A DNA stretch of 64,000 bases from Clostridiales bacterium UBA3758 (GCA_002371675.1 DFGE01000022.1:35263-99262), one strand, 5' to 3'; numbered from the stretch's first letter, positions 52,251-61,358 are shown. Notes: generated by a model from the sequence alone, not told the origin. Numbers and translations are program-made.

Positions 52251-52511
52251 TCACCGCTTCCTGTTTCTTTTCTCTGCTTTCCTCTGTTTCCTGCCGATGT
52301 ACTCCCGCTCGGCGTCAATGTATGGAGAAAGCGGACTGCGCTCCCGGCGCTTGTCCGCCTGGTATATCCGCTCAATGAGGCTGTTGTCGTTCCACACCTC
52401 GATCCTTACGCCCGTCCGAAGCAGCGCATTCGCTTTCCTGGCAGATGAGGTCACCAGCAGCGGCTTCCTCGACCGGCAATCTATAGCAACGAAGGTGTTA
52501 TAGTTCGCCAT
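52251..52511 (-). CDS. hypothetical basic protein
   Basis: 86 aa with a Lys/Arg-rich C-terminus. Overlaps the end of the ParB-MTase gene. Confidence 0.45.
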   Translation of the reverse strand: MANYNTFVAIDCRSRKPLLVTSSARKANALLRTGVRIEVWNDNSLIERIYQADKRRERSPLSPYIDAEREYIGRKQRKAEKRNRKR

Positions 52512-53808
52512 CGCCGATCTCCTTCACAAGCGTCTCGTCGACGTCCACCGGTGGGAAGTTGTCCCGGATCTTCTTCAGATCGCCCTTGTAGAACACCAGC
52601 ACATTCTGGTGGGTCTTTACCACCTTGCGCCCGCTGTTGAACTGGCGGGCGGCGCGGAGCGCCCCGGTCGCGATCTGCGTTACCAGGATGATCTCGTTGT
52701 AGTAGGCAAGGCCGCAATCCGTGAATGCGTCCTGCGTGTCCTTGACGAAGTTCCGATACACCCCGCGCTTGTCACGGACATCCCCGACCACGAACACGGC
52801 GAAGCGGTCTTTTTTCAGCTTCCGGCAGGCTATGGAAATGATCTCCCGATATACCCGTAAGAAATCGGGATACTTCATCGTCGAAATATCCCGAGGGTTA
52901 TCACTGTACACTTCCAGATCCGCATAGGGCGGACAGGAGAAGATCATGTCCGCGCTTTCGTCGGCGACATACTTATCCGCGTTCAGGGAATCGTCACAGA
53001 TGTACCGTGGGGAAACGCCGATTGCCTCGGCCTGCCTCACGTCCTCGGCGATCTGCTCTTGCGATAGATCTATTCCCGTGTAGTTATAACCGAGGTATGC
53101 AGCTACCACGCCGCGCACAGAGCCTCCGGCAAAACAGTCATAGATGGAGCCGCCCGGTTTGTTGAACCAGTAATACATCAGCTCCGTGAGTACCGGGTCA
53201 AATACGCTGGTGCCTGTCAGGTTGGTGTTCTTCTGGCTATTCTTTGCCAGATCATCGAGGCCGCCGCCACCGAGCAGGCCGTGAGCGCGGCCCTCGCCGC
53301 TGTTGATCCCGAGATTGATCCAGGCTTTCTTCCGCTCCTGCCATGCCCCGGATCGGCAATCGAGGACGGAGAAAGGCGGCATTCCGTATCTCTCCGCAAG
53401 GCTCAAATCGTTCTGGTTCGCTGCATTGTAGCGGGAAGGTTTCTCTTCATCGAATCCCCAATCCAGAACGAGGTCGCCGAAGTCCAGTCCCTCCAGCTCG
53501 TCGGCCAGCAGCTCCATATCCCAATCGGCGATCTCGGCGGTCTTGTTGTCCAGAAGCCGGTATTTCCTTTTCTGTTCATCGGTGAGACCGTCGATCTGTA
53601 CGACCTTCGCCTCCGTCCAGCCGAGGGAATACATAGCTTTGAGCCGGGTATGTCCGGCAAGGATAACGTGCGCCTCGTCTACAATGATAGGCGAGTTATA
53701 ACCGCATTGTGAGAAACTTTCGGCCACCGCCTGCACAGCGGCGTCATTGATGCGCGGGTTTTTCTCATAGGGCTTTATTTCGCCCAGAGGCAGGGTGAGA
53801 ATTTTCAT
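52498..53808 (-). CDS. ParB-like nuclease domain fused to an N6A/N4C DNA methyltransferase
   Basis: 436 aa. N-terminal ParB/Srx motif (ILAGHTRLKA), then MTase motif I (DCFAGGSVRG) followed by motif IV (SCPPYADLE). Confidence 0.8.
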   Translation of the reverse strand: MKILTLPLGEIKPYEKNPRINDAAVQAVAESFSQCGYNSPIIVDEAHVILAGHTRLKAMYSLGWTEAKVVQIDGLTDEQKRKYRLLDNKTAEIADWDMELLADELEGLDFGDLVLDWGFDEEKPSRYNAANQNDLSLAERYGMPPFSVLDCRSGAWQERKKAWINLGINSGEGRAHGLLGGGGLDDLAKNSQKNTNLTGTSVFDPVLTELMYYWFNKPGGSIYDCFAGGSVRGVVAAYLGYNYTGIDLSQEQIAEDVRQAEAIGVSPRYICDDSLNADKYVADESADMIFSCPPYADLEVYSDNPRDISTMKYPDFLRVYREIISIACRKLKKDRFAVFVVGDVRDKRGVYRNFVKDTQDAFTDCGLAYYNEIILVTQIATGALRAARQFNSGRKVVKTHQNVLVFYKGDLKKIRDNFPPVDVDETLVKEIGDGEL

Positions 53809-53981
53809 GGTCGCTCCTCCGATCTGTAATCATCGGAGCGGTTGAATAGAGAAACCGCACCTCCGTCATGGCCGGGGCGAGCGGCTCGGGAGATGCGGTT
53901 ACGCAATGATAAAAATTTACAGCTTGGATTTTATCACACTCCTTATTAAGTTGTCATTAAGGACTTTTTAAGGAAATACCG

Positions 53982-54194
53982 TCAGCCCCGTGTCACCTGA
54001 TCGGCCAGCTCCCAGAGGCCACGCTCCCAGGCTTCCGTCCTGTCAGGCTCCGGGAGGAGCGGAGCGTCCTCGTTCATGCAGGCCGGGAGCAGAGGGCACT
54101 TGCGGCACCCGTCGCCCTTGCACCCTGTCCAGAACTCATTGCAAATGCTGTCGATGATCGCCCCCTGTTCCGGGGTGATGTAGTTCCAGCCCAT
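53982..54194 (-). CDS. hypothetical Cys-rich protein
   Basis: 70 aa. Confidence 0.45.
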   Translation of the reverse strand: MGWNYITPEQGAIIDSICNEFWTGCKGDGCRKCPLLPACMNEDAPLLPEPDRTEAWERGLWELADQVTRG

Positions 54195-54197
54195 GAA

Positions 54198-55076
54198 TCA
54201 GCCCTCCAAAGCCGCCATCTCTTCGATGGCCCTCTCTGCGGCATATCTGCCGTGATCGTTCAGCATCCGCTGCCATGCGCCCTCAGAAGGTGCCCAGCGG
54301 AAGCCTCTGCCCTTCAAGATCTCTCTGATCTTTTCGTCCGGCTTTCCGTCGAAGATAAACTGAATGCGCCCGATCTCGTGATTCTCTTTGAGAATGAAGC
54401 CGTCGCCCTGCTTCGGGCCGACGTTCTCGGCGGCTCTCTCCGCCTCTTTTTGCAGCTGCTCGATACGGCCACGAATGCGGCGGATATTCGCGTTGTTGTT
54501 CGAGAGCGCCCAGCTCGGGAAGGAGCCGAATTCGTCAGGCCTGCGATCCGGGCAGCCGTCCAGGGTTTTATGCTTCCGATAATAGGCGTTGATCTCCTTC
54601 ATGTGCTCTTGCAGACGTTCCAGGCCCTCGAGCTTGAGCTTCAGTTTCAGCATGGCGTCAGGATCGTCGCTCATGACCCCGCCGAGGCCGGTACTCTTGA
54701 TCTTATCGAGGAGGCCCTGAATCTCCATGTATTCCCGCTCGTTGGTATCACGGGCGGCGTTCTGCTTCTCTTTTGCCCGCACCGGGAAGTTGCTGCCGCC
54801 GGTGATCAGGATGGAGGGGACGCGGGCGTCAATTTCGTAGCGGTGATTCAGGTTATCGGCCAGCTTCCGGGCGTAAGCGTCGAGGAGCCGGTCGATCTTC
54901 TCGTGATACTCCGTCCCGACACGCTCCTTCTGGCGCTCTGCAATGGCAGCGGCGTTGTCTACCAGGCGGCGGTATTCAGCGGTGGCGGAGCCCTCGATGT
55001 AGTCGAAGTAGCTGTTGGCGTTCTTGGCACGCCTTGCCGCGTCCTCGCGGATGGGGTAGTATTTGACGTTCTCCAT
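54198..55076 (-). CDS. DUF3560-like protein
   Basis: 292 aa. The C-terminal FDGKPDEKIREILKGRGFRWAPSEGAWQR is recalled as typical of DUF3560 proteins on mobile elements. Confidence 0.5.
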   Translation of the reverse strand: MENVKYYPIREDAARRAKNANSYFDYIEGSATAEYRRLVDNAAAIAERQKERVGTEYHEKIDRLLDAYARKLADNLNHRYEIDARVPSILITGGSNFPVRAKEKQNAARDTNEREYMEIQGLLDKIKSTGLGGVMSDDPDAMLKLKLKLEGLERLQEHMKEINAYYRKHKTLDGCPDRRPDEFGSFPSWALSNNNANIRRIRGRIEQLQKEAERAAENVGPKQGDGFILKENHEIGRIQFIFDGKPDEKIREILKGRGFRWAPSEGAWQRMLNDHGRYAAERAIEEMAALEG

Positions 55077-55149
55077 ATTATTCCTTTCTGCCCTCGTGAC
55101 CTCCGGGGCGGGCTATTTGAAGTGAGATAATCGGTTAAATTCGTTTGGA

Positions 55150-55479
55150 TTATTCGAACTTTTCCATCAGCCGCTTATAGTAATCGTGCAGGGCCTCGCC
55201 GTAGTCATCGAAGTAGTGACCCCAGTAGTAATCAATCTCGCCATTCTCATTGACGATCGATTCCCAAGTGACATACTGAGCTCCGAGCCGCGTCACCGTT
55301 CTTCCGAGGACGATTCGTTCCGTCCTTCCGTCACACTCCATACAGGCTTCCGCTTTGAGGATCGTGTATCCTTGGTTGGTTTCCTCCGGGATGGCGTCCC
55401 GAATTGCGCGAAATTCTTCCTCTGTGGCCTCGATGGTGTACGGGTATTTCATCAGGCCGGGTGCTCTTGTGATTTTCAT
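55150..55479 (-). CDS. hypothetical protein
   Basis: 109 aa. Confidence 0.45.
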   Translation of the reverse strand: MKITRAPGLMKYPYTIEATEEEFRAIRDAIPEETNQGYTILKAEACMECDGRTERIVLGRTVTRLGAQYVTWESIVNENGEIDYYWGHYFDDYGEALHDYYKRLMEKFE

Positions 55480-55492
55480 TTTCGAGACCTCC

Positions 55493-56113
55493 TTATCTCA
55501 GCGTGTAACTGTTGCCTCTGGCGTTGACGACGTACTGGACGAACACGCGGCCCGTGCGGGTCTTGCTGTAGTGCTTGGTGATCTTCTCAATCTCTGAAAG
55601 CCGGACGCTTTTGCATTTAGGCTGGCGGCGGATGAACGGGAGGACCGTTTGTTTGGCAGCTCCGGGAAACTCCTGTTGTTTCTCCATGTACCGTATGCGG
55701 TACCGCTCGGCCTCTTTGTCCTGCTGGGCCACGGCCTCCTCTCTGGTGCCATACCACTTGGAGCCGTTGCGGTGCTGCCGACCGATCTCGTAGAACACTT
55801 CACTGGACAGGATCTCGAGGTTGCTGGTCCAAGCGGTCTGCAATGCGTCCTGGCTGTTCGGTGTGACTTTGTCGGTGACGCGACCGACAATCAACTCGAG
55901 GCCTTCCAGGCGATAAAACCGTTCATTGATACGAGTAACGGGTTTTCCGAAGTTTTCCAACGTCACCCTGATAATCTCTTTTCCGTCGGTGAGGTCGATC
56001 TTTCCGATCTCGCCCTGGCTGCCGCTCATGGTAGCGGTGTTGATCAAGTACCCTTTGGCCATCCATTCAGCCACGGCCTCGGTGAATTTGCGGTTGATCT
56101 GCTCGAACTTCAT
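55493..56113 (-). CDS. hypothetical protein, first gene of the minus-strand operon
   Basis: 206 aa with RBS ggaggaa, 24 nt downstream of the predicted TSS of a consensus promoter. Confidence 0.5.
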   Translation of the reverse strand: MKFEQINRKFTEAVAEWMAKGYLINTATMSGSQGEIGKIDLTDGKEIIRVTLENFGKPVTRINERFYRLEGLELIVGRVTDKVTPNSQDALQTAWTSNLEILSSEVFYEIGRQHRNGSKWYGTREEAVAQQDKEAERYRIRYMEKQQEFPGAAKQTVLPFIRRQPKCKSVRLSEIEKITKHYSKTRTGRVFVQYVVNARGNSYTLR

Positions 56114-56143
56114 TTTTTATTCCTCCTGTCCTTTGATGGCTTC

Positions 56144-56172
56144 ATTATAAAGGATTTCCTAAACGATGTCAA
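56144..56172 (-). promoter_or_regulatory. perfect-consensus sigma-70 promoter (TTGACA-17-TATAAT) for the minus-strand operon
   Basis: Minus strand reads ttgacatcgtttaggaaatcctttataat. Both hexamers and the spacing match consensus exactly. Confidence 0.6.
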
Positions 56173-56234
56173 GAGTTTTCTTCATGTTTTTCTAAATATT
56201 TTCAAGATTTTTCTGTTTATCATTTAGAATTTTC

Positions 56235-56263
56235 TTGACTTTTGAAAGAGGCGCGTTTATGAT
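56235..56263 (+). promoter_or_regulatory. divergent promoter for the 56282 HTH gene
   Basis: TTGACT, 17 nt, TATGAT. Preceded by T-tracts recurring roughly every 8-12 bp. Confidence 0.5.
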
Positions 56264-56281
56264 AGCCGTGGAGGTGGTCAA

Positions 56282-56491
56282 ATGGATATATCCCGGAAGA
56301 TCAAAGCCGCCTGCGCCTATGCCGGAAAATCCGAAGCGCAGCTTGCGCGAGAAATCGGCACTTCCCCGTCAGCATTCAATCAGCGCCTCAAAACGGGGAA
56401 ATTCGCATCGGATGATCTGGACAAGGCAGCCGAGGCCCTCGGAGCGCAGTACGTCGCATACTTCGAGTTCCCGGACGGCACCAAGATATGA
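56282..56491 (+). CDS. XRE-family HTH regulator
   Basis: 69 aa with RBS ggaggtgg. HTH KSEAQLAREIGTSPSAFNQRLKTG. Confidence 0.75.
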   Translation: MDISRKIKAACAYAGKSEAQLAREIGTSPSAFNQRLKTGKFASDDLDKAAEALGAQYVAYFEFPDGTKI

Positions 56492-56524
56492 GAAAGCCCG
56501 GACAGGTGAGTGTCCGGGCTTTCT
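56491..56524. terminator. bidirectional terminator between two convergent HTH genes
   Basis: agaaagcccggaca / tgtccgggctttct, a 14-bp stem with flanking A and T runs. Confidence 0.65.
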
Positions 56525-56546
56525 CATGAGGAAGTGGTGCTATGGA

Positions 56547-56795
56547 TTACAGTTTTTTGTTTCCGGCTCTATCGTGCCTGACCCTCGGTTCCTGATTCGG
56601 AACGTACACGATCAAATCAGAAAGATCGCAGTTGAGGGCCTCACAGAACAGGTCAAAGTGTTCCAGGTTGATCCTCTCTGCGATCTCGTGATAGTAGTCG
56701 TTGATGGTTGTCGGCCTGACGCCCGTCGCTCGGGCAAGATCAGCCTGTGTCCAGCGTCTTTCGCCCAAAACGCGGGACAGTTTAATTCTTATCAT
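56547..56795 (-). CDS. XRE-family HTH regulator
   Basis: 82 aa. HTH WTQADLARATGVRPTTINDYYH. Confidence 0.8.
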   Translation of the reverse strand: MIRIKLSRVLGERRWTQADLARATGVRPTTINDYYHEIAERINLEHFDLFCEALNCDLSDLIVYVPNQEPRVRHDRAGNKKL

Positions 56796-56915
56796 TGCGC
56801 AGCCGCTCCTTTATGTGATAATCTACCAAAAATCCGCAGATTTCGGTGCGAATTGTTAGATTATCACTTATTCCGTTATGGAGGGCTTTTCCGGGCGGAG
56901 CGCGTATAAAGCAGA

Positions 56916-56960
56916 AAAAGACCAGCAGCTGCACCATATAGGTACAACTGCTGGTCTTTT
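56916..56960 (-). terminator. phage-side terminator hairpin adjacent to attR
   Basis: 13-bp stem aaaagaccagcag/ctgctggtctttt. It would directly follow the int stop in the excised circular form. Confidence 0.5.
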
Positions 56961-56975
56961 CACTTCGCCGCAAAT

Positions 56976-57049
56976 ACGGACGCCACGAATACCCCATTGA
57001 GGAAGTATATCACGGTGTTCGTATTCGCGCCATTTGGTACGGCCGACGG
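56976..57049. repeat. attR (right direct repeat, overlapping the tRNA-Arg 3' end)
   Basis: 74 nt equal to 5889-5962 with 4 mismatches. The last 15 nt are the tRNA 3' end including CCA. Confidence 0.75.
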
Positions 57050-57111
57050 GATTCGAACCCACGACCTCCAGAGTCGGAGTCTGGCACTCTATCCAGCTGA
57101 GCTACGGCCGC
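57035..57111 (-). tRNA. tRNA-Arg (anticodon CCG)
   Basis: 77-nt cloverleaf folded by hand: 7-bp acceptor stem, D arm, anticodon loop CTCCGAC, T loop TTCGAAT, encoded CCA. Confidence 0.88.
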
Positions 57112-57130
57112 ATATTCTTTTTGCTCCAAC

Positions 57131-57159
57131 TTTACAAGGCCAAAAGGATTTGGTATAAT
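57131..57159 (+). promoter_or_regulatory. promoter for the aldo/keto reductase gene
   Basis: TTTACA, 17 nt, TGgTATAAT (extended -10). Confidence 0.5.
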
Positions 57160-57181
57160 ATCTAAAGTTCAAAGCAGAGGT

Positions 57182-57210
57182 ATTATAGCAGATACGTTTT
57201 GGAATGTAAA
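57182..57210 (-). promoter_or_regulatory. promoter for tRNA-Arg
   Basis: Minus strand has TTTACA, 17 nt, TATAAT about 65 nt upstream of the tRNA 5' end. Confidence 0.5.
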
Positions 57211-57243
57211 GTCTTGATTTTCGTTTTCCGGGAGGAATGATAC

Positions 57244-58272
57244 ATGAAAAAGATCCCCCTGGGCAGCACCGGTCTGTTGGTCACAAAGACCGCAATGGGC
57301 TGTCTGCCTGTGCAGCGCTGCGACATGGATTACGCCGTAAAGCTCCTCCAGGCAGCTTATGACGGCGGCATCCGTTACTTCGACACCGCTAACGCCTATA
57401 CCGACAGCGAGGAGAAGATCGGTCTCGCACTCTCCGACGTCCGCGACGAAATCGTGCTCTCGACCAAGAGCCAGTCGCGTACCAAGGACGGCGTGCTCGA
57501 GCATATTGCCCTGAGCCTCGAGCGGATGAAGACCGATCACATTGACCTGTTCCAGTTCCATCAGGTACCCGAAGTGCCCGATCCGAACGATCCCGAAGGC
57601 GCATACGCCGGCGCGCTGGAAGCCAAACGCCGCGGCTGGATCGATCACATCGGCGTGACGACGCATCGCGTGAAGGTCGCGGAGGAATGCATTGCCTCCG
57701 GCCTGTTTGAAACGCTGCAGTTCCCCTTCAGCTATATTTCATCCGATCGCGACCTCGCACTTGCCGAAAAATGCAAAGAGGCCGGCATGGGCTATATCGC
57801 CATGAAGGGCCTCGCCGGCGGTATGCTCACGAACGTGCGCGCCTGCCATGCGTTCATGAAGCAGTACGACAACGTGGTTCCCATCTGGGGCATCCAGAAG
57901 TTTGAGGAGCTTGAACAGTGGCTCGCAGTCGACAGAGAAGACCCGGACATGGACGAGGAGCTGGCCGCATTCATCAAGCGTGAGCGCCAGGAGCTCTCAG
58001 GCTCCTTCTGCCGCAGCTGCGGTTATTGTATGCCCTGTCCGGTGGGTATTGAGATCCGCAACTGCGCTCGCATGAACATGCTGCTGCGCCGCTCACCCTG
58101 GCAGCAGTACATGACCCCGGAGTGGCAGGCCAAGATGGAAAAGATCAACGATTGTCTGGAATGTCATCGCTGCTCCAGCCGCTGCCCCTATCAGCTCGAT
58201 ACGCCGAACCTGCTCAAATACATGCTGAAGGATTACAGAGAATTCTATGAAACGCACAAGGATCTGCTCTAA
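57244..58272 (+). CDS. aldo/keto reductase with a C-terminal 4Fe-4S ferredoxin domain
   Basis: 342 aa. AKR N-terminus (GCLPVQR...YFDTANAYTDSE) and C-terminal CRSCGYCMPCP...CLECHRCSSRCP. Confidence 0.85.
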   Translation: MKKIPLGSTGLLVTKTAMGCLPVQRCDMDYAVKLLQAAYDGGIRYFDTANAYTDSEEKIGLALSDVRDEIVLSTKSQSRTKDGVLEHIALSLERMKTDHIDLFQFHQVPEVPDPNDPEGAYAGALEAKRRGWIDHIGVTTHRVKVAEECIASGLFETLQFPFSYISSDRDLALAEKCKEAGMGYIAMKGLAGGMLTNVRACHAFMKQYDNVVPIWGIQKFEELEQWLAVDREDPDMDEELAAFIKRERQELSGSFCRSCGYCMPCPVGIEIRNCARMNMLLRRSPWQQYMTPEWQAKMEKINDCLECHRCSSRCPYQLDTPNLLKYMLKDYREFYETHKDLL

Positions 58273-59302
58273 CATTAAGCGTGCTGTCGCGCTCCTGCTC
58301 TGCCTTGTCTCCGCTCTCGGTCTTGCTGCCTGCGGCGATGCGAAGATGGAGCAAAAGCAGGTGATCGCGATGGACACGATCATGACGCTCACTGCCTACG
58401 GCAAGCAGGCAGAGGCCGGCCTCAATGCGGCCGAGGCAGTCATTCTCTCCATGGATGCGATGCTCGACCCCGAGCTGCCGACCAGCACCGTCTACGCCAT
58501 CAATCATGCCGCTGGCGCGAACACTGTCGTTTCCGCGCAGATCGCCAAGATGCTAAGCACGGCTCAGACCGTGTATAAGCAGACCGGCGGGGCGCTCGAC
58601 CTTACGCTGTATCCGCTCATCAAGCGCTGGGGTTTTGTGGACGGCAAGTATTACGTCCCAACCGAGGAGGAGATCCTGTCCGGGCTCTCCCGACTCTGCT
58701 TTGACAGGTTGGTTCTGACAAGCTTCCCCGCCTCGGGCTCCTACGCCGTCTCGCTTCCTGCGGCCGGTGAGATCAGCTTCGGCGCTATCGCCAAGGGCTG
58801 TGCCTCCGAAAACGCCATCGACGCGATGCGCCAGGCGGGTGTAACAAGCGGGATCGTCTCGCTTGGCGGCAACGTGCAGACCCTGGGGCTCAAGCCTGAC
58901 GGAACGCAGTGGACAGTGGCGATCCAGGATCCGAACGACACGGAAAAATGGGTCGGCGTGATCAGCGTGGGAGAAACGGCGGTTGTGACCTCCGGCTCCT
59001 ACCAGCGTTTCTTTACGCAGAAGAATGTGACCTACCATCATATTCTTAACCCCAAGACCGGGCGCCCCAGCGGCACCGGGCTGCTCTCGGCCACGATCAT
59101 CTGTGAGGACGGAACGATGGCCGACGCCCTCTCCACGGCTATGTTCGTGCTGGGCGAGACCAAAGCGCTCAACTACTGGCGCACCTATGGCGGCTTCGAG
59201 ATGATCCTCATCACAAACGACTACCGCATCATTTGCACCAAGGGTCTGATCGAGCGCTTCACCCAGACCAACGACAGCTATACGCTGCGTTTTTCCGAGT
59301 GA
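58247..59302 (+). CDS. apbE: FAD:protein FMN transferase (ApbE family lipoprotein)
   Basis: 351 aa with lipobox LGLAAC and ApbE motifs (AIAKG, VSLGGN, TSGSYQRFF, HHILNPKTG, ADALSTA). Confidence 0.85.
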   Translation: MKRTRICSNIKRAVALLLCLVSALGLAACGDAKMEQKQVIAMDTIMTLTAYGKQAEAGLNAAEAVILSMDAMLDPELPTSTVYAINHAAGANTVVSAQIAKMLSTAQTVYKQTGGALDLTLYPLIKRWGFVDGKYYVPTEEEILSGLSRLCFDRLVLTSFPASGSYAVSLPAAGEISFGAIAKGCASENAIDAMRQAGVTSGIVSLGGNVQTLGLKPDGTQWTVAIQDPNDTEKWVGVISVGETAVVTSGSYQRFFTQKNVTYHHILNPKTGRPSGTGLLSATIICEDGTMADALSTAMFVLGETKALNYWRTYGGFEMILITNDYRIICTKGLIERFTQTNDSYTLRFSE

Positions 59303-59303
59303 C

Positions 59304-61358
59304 ATGGCGGATCTGAATACTGACGTACGCTACATTAAGGGCATAGGAGAGAAAAAGGCACTGGCGCTGAACAAGCTCGGTGTCTTTACTCTCTATGACC
59401 TTCTTTCTTATTTTCCGAGAAAATATGAGGATCGGAGCAGGTTTCGGCCGATCGCGCTGGCCGCAGAGGGCGAAACACTTTGCGTCTGCGGCCTCGTTGC
59501 GGACACGCCGCGTCTCACCCGCATCCGGCGCGGACTGGATCTGGTAAAGTTCCGTGCCGTGGATGAGACTGGCGCGATGGACGTGACCTTCTTCAATCAG
59601 CCCTACGTGAAGGATCAGATTCAGAGAGGCGAAAGCTACATTTTCTTCGGCAAGATCGAAATCAAGGGTACACATCGCAGCATGGTCAATCCTGTCGTAG
59701 AAAAAGAGGGCACAGTCAATGGCGTGACAGGGCGTATTATCCCCGTCTACCGTCTGAACGCTGGCGTCAACCAGCGCAGCATACTGCAGGCAGTCAGCCA
59801 GGCGCTTTCGCTCTGCGCCGATCAAATCCCGGACATACTCCCGGAAGAGCTTCGCCTTCGCTGCGCTCTCGCCCCTGCGCCGTATGCCTATCAAAACATC
59901 CACTTTCCCGCCGATTTCGGCGCGCTTGAGATCGCCCGGAGACGGCTGATCTTTGAGGAGCTGTTTCTCCTCGCCTGTGCGCTCGGGCGTGTCCGCGGGG
60001 AGCGTGTGCGCGAGGGCGGCATCCGCTTTGAACGACATGACATCGAGGAATTCTATAGCACTCTCCCCTTCTCCCCGACCGGAGCGCAGCGCCGCGCTGT
60101 CAACGAAGCGCTGAATGATCTCTGCTCCGGCGGCGTCATGAACCGTCTCGTGCAGGGTGACGTGGGCAGCGGCAAAACGCTCATCGCCGCGGCGCTCATC
60201 TGGGAATGCTGGAAAAACGGCAGGCTCAGCGCCTTCATGGCGCCGACCGAGATTCTGACCGAACAGCATTATGAGACGCTTTCCGCTTTCCTCAAGCCCT
60301 TTGGCATTCGGATCGGAAAGCTCACCGGTTCCATGACGGCGAAGGCAAAGCGCGATGTAAAAGAGGCGCTGCAAAGCGGAGAGCTGGATCTTGTGATCGG
60401 CACCCACGCGCTCTTCAGCGAGGGCGTTGAGTACCCGCAGCTCGGCCTTGTTGTAACGGATGAGCAGCACCGCTTCGGCGTAGCACAGCGCTCCGCGTTG
60501 ATCTCCAAGGGGGAAAAGCCGCATGTACTCGTCATGTCCGCTACGCCGATCCCCCGCACACTTGCGCTCATCATCTATGGCGATCTCGACGTTTCGATCC
60601 TTGACGAGATGCCGCCCGGTCGGCAGAAGGTCGATACCTTCGCTGTGACCGAGAGTTATCGCGAGCGTCTGAACGGCTTTATTCGCAAGCTCGTTGGCGA
60701 GGGACGGCAGGTATTTGTCGTCTGCCCGATGGTCGAGGAGAACGATGAGCTGAACATGCCTCTCAAGTCCGCTCAGGAGCACGCCGAGGCGCTCGCGGAA
60801 ACCTTCCCGGAGCTGCGTGTCGGCTGTGTGCACGGTAAGCTCAAGCCGAAGCTCAAGGACGAGATCATGCACAGCTTTGTGGCCAGGGAGATCGATATTC
60901 TCGTCTCCACGACGGTCATAGAAGTCGGCGTGGACGTTCCGAATGCGGCGCTGATGATCGTAGAAAACGCGGAGCGCTTCGGCCTCAGTCAGCTTCATCA
61001 GCTGCGCGGACGCGTTGGACGCGGCAAGCACAAGAGCTACTGTATACTCATTTCCGACGCAGATGGTGAGGAAGTCAAGCAGCGGCTGCAAATCCTCTGC
61101 AAAACGAATGACGGCTTCAAGGTGTCCGAGGAAGACCTGCGCCTCCGTGGCCCGGGCGATTTCTTCGGCTCACGGCAGCATGGACTGCCGGAGATGCATG
61201 TTGCCGATCTCGGTGCAGACGCGCAGGTGCTGCAGCGGGCGCAGCAGGAAGCGCTCGCGCTTCTTCAGACTGACCCAATGCTGGATAAGCCGGAGCACAG
61301 GGCGCTGCGGGAACGCGTGGATCGGCTGCTCACCGCTAATGAGGACAGCTTCAACTGA
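59304..61358 (+). CDS. recG: ATP-dependent DNA helicase RecG
   Basis: 684 aa with a wedge domain, helicase motifs (GDVGSGKT, DEQHRFG, SATPIPRT) and the TRG motif region. Confidence 0.95.
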   Translation: MADLNTDVRYIKGIGEKKALALNKLGVFTLYDLLSYFPRKYEDRSRFRPIALAAEGETLCVCGLVADTPRLTRIRRGLDLVKFRAVDETGAMDVTFFNQPYVKDQIQRGESYIFFGKIEIKGTHRSMVNPVVEKEGTVNGVTGRIIPVYRLNAGVNQRSILQAVSQALSLCADQIPDILPEELRLRCALAPAPYAYQNIHFPADFGALEIARRRLIFEELFLLACALGRVRGERVREGGIRFERHDIEEFYSTLPFSPTGAQRRAVNEALNDLCSGGVMNRLVQGDVGSGKTLIAAALIWECWKNGRLSAFMAPTEILTEQHYETLSAFLKPFGIRIGKLTGSMTAKAKRDVKEALQSGELDLVIGTHALFSEGVEYPQLGLVVTDEQHRFGVAQRSALISKGEKPHVLVMSATPIPRTLALIIYGDLDVSILDEMPPGRQKVDTFAVTESYRERLNGFIRKLVGEGRQVFVVCPMVEENDELNMPLKSAQEHAEALAETFPELRVGCVHGKLKPKLKDEIMHSFVAREIDILVSTTVIEVGVDVPNAALMIVENAERFGLSQLHQLRGRVGRGKHKSYCILISDADGEEVKQRLQILCKTNDGFKVSEEDLRLRGPGDFFGSRQHGLPEMHVADLGADAQVLQRAQQEALALLQTDPMLDKPEHRALRERVDRLLTANEDSFN

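Larger units (their letters stand above)
5873..57049. mobile_element. integrated siphovirus-type temperate prophage (about 51.1 kb) carrying a DGR
   Basis: Bounded by 74-nt direct repeats next to tRNA-Arg. Contains integrase, CI/Cro, recombination/replication, terminase, portal, capsid, tape measure, fibre and lysis genes. Host housekeeping genes lie outside. Confidence 0.9.

Noticed and set aside
56235-57062. ORFs of 224 aa (+), 71 aa (-) and 64 aa (-) spanning the HTH genes, attR and the tRNA.
   Set aside because: They overlap better-supported HTH genes, a terminator, the att repeat and the tRNA. They have no RBS. The attR reading frame is noted only as an int-tail homologue.
59259-61091. 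610-aa minus-strand ORF opposite recG.
   Set aside because: Shadow ORF. RecG motifs are unambiguous on the plus strand.
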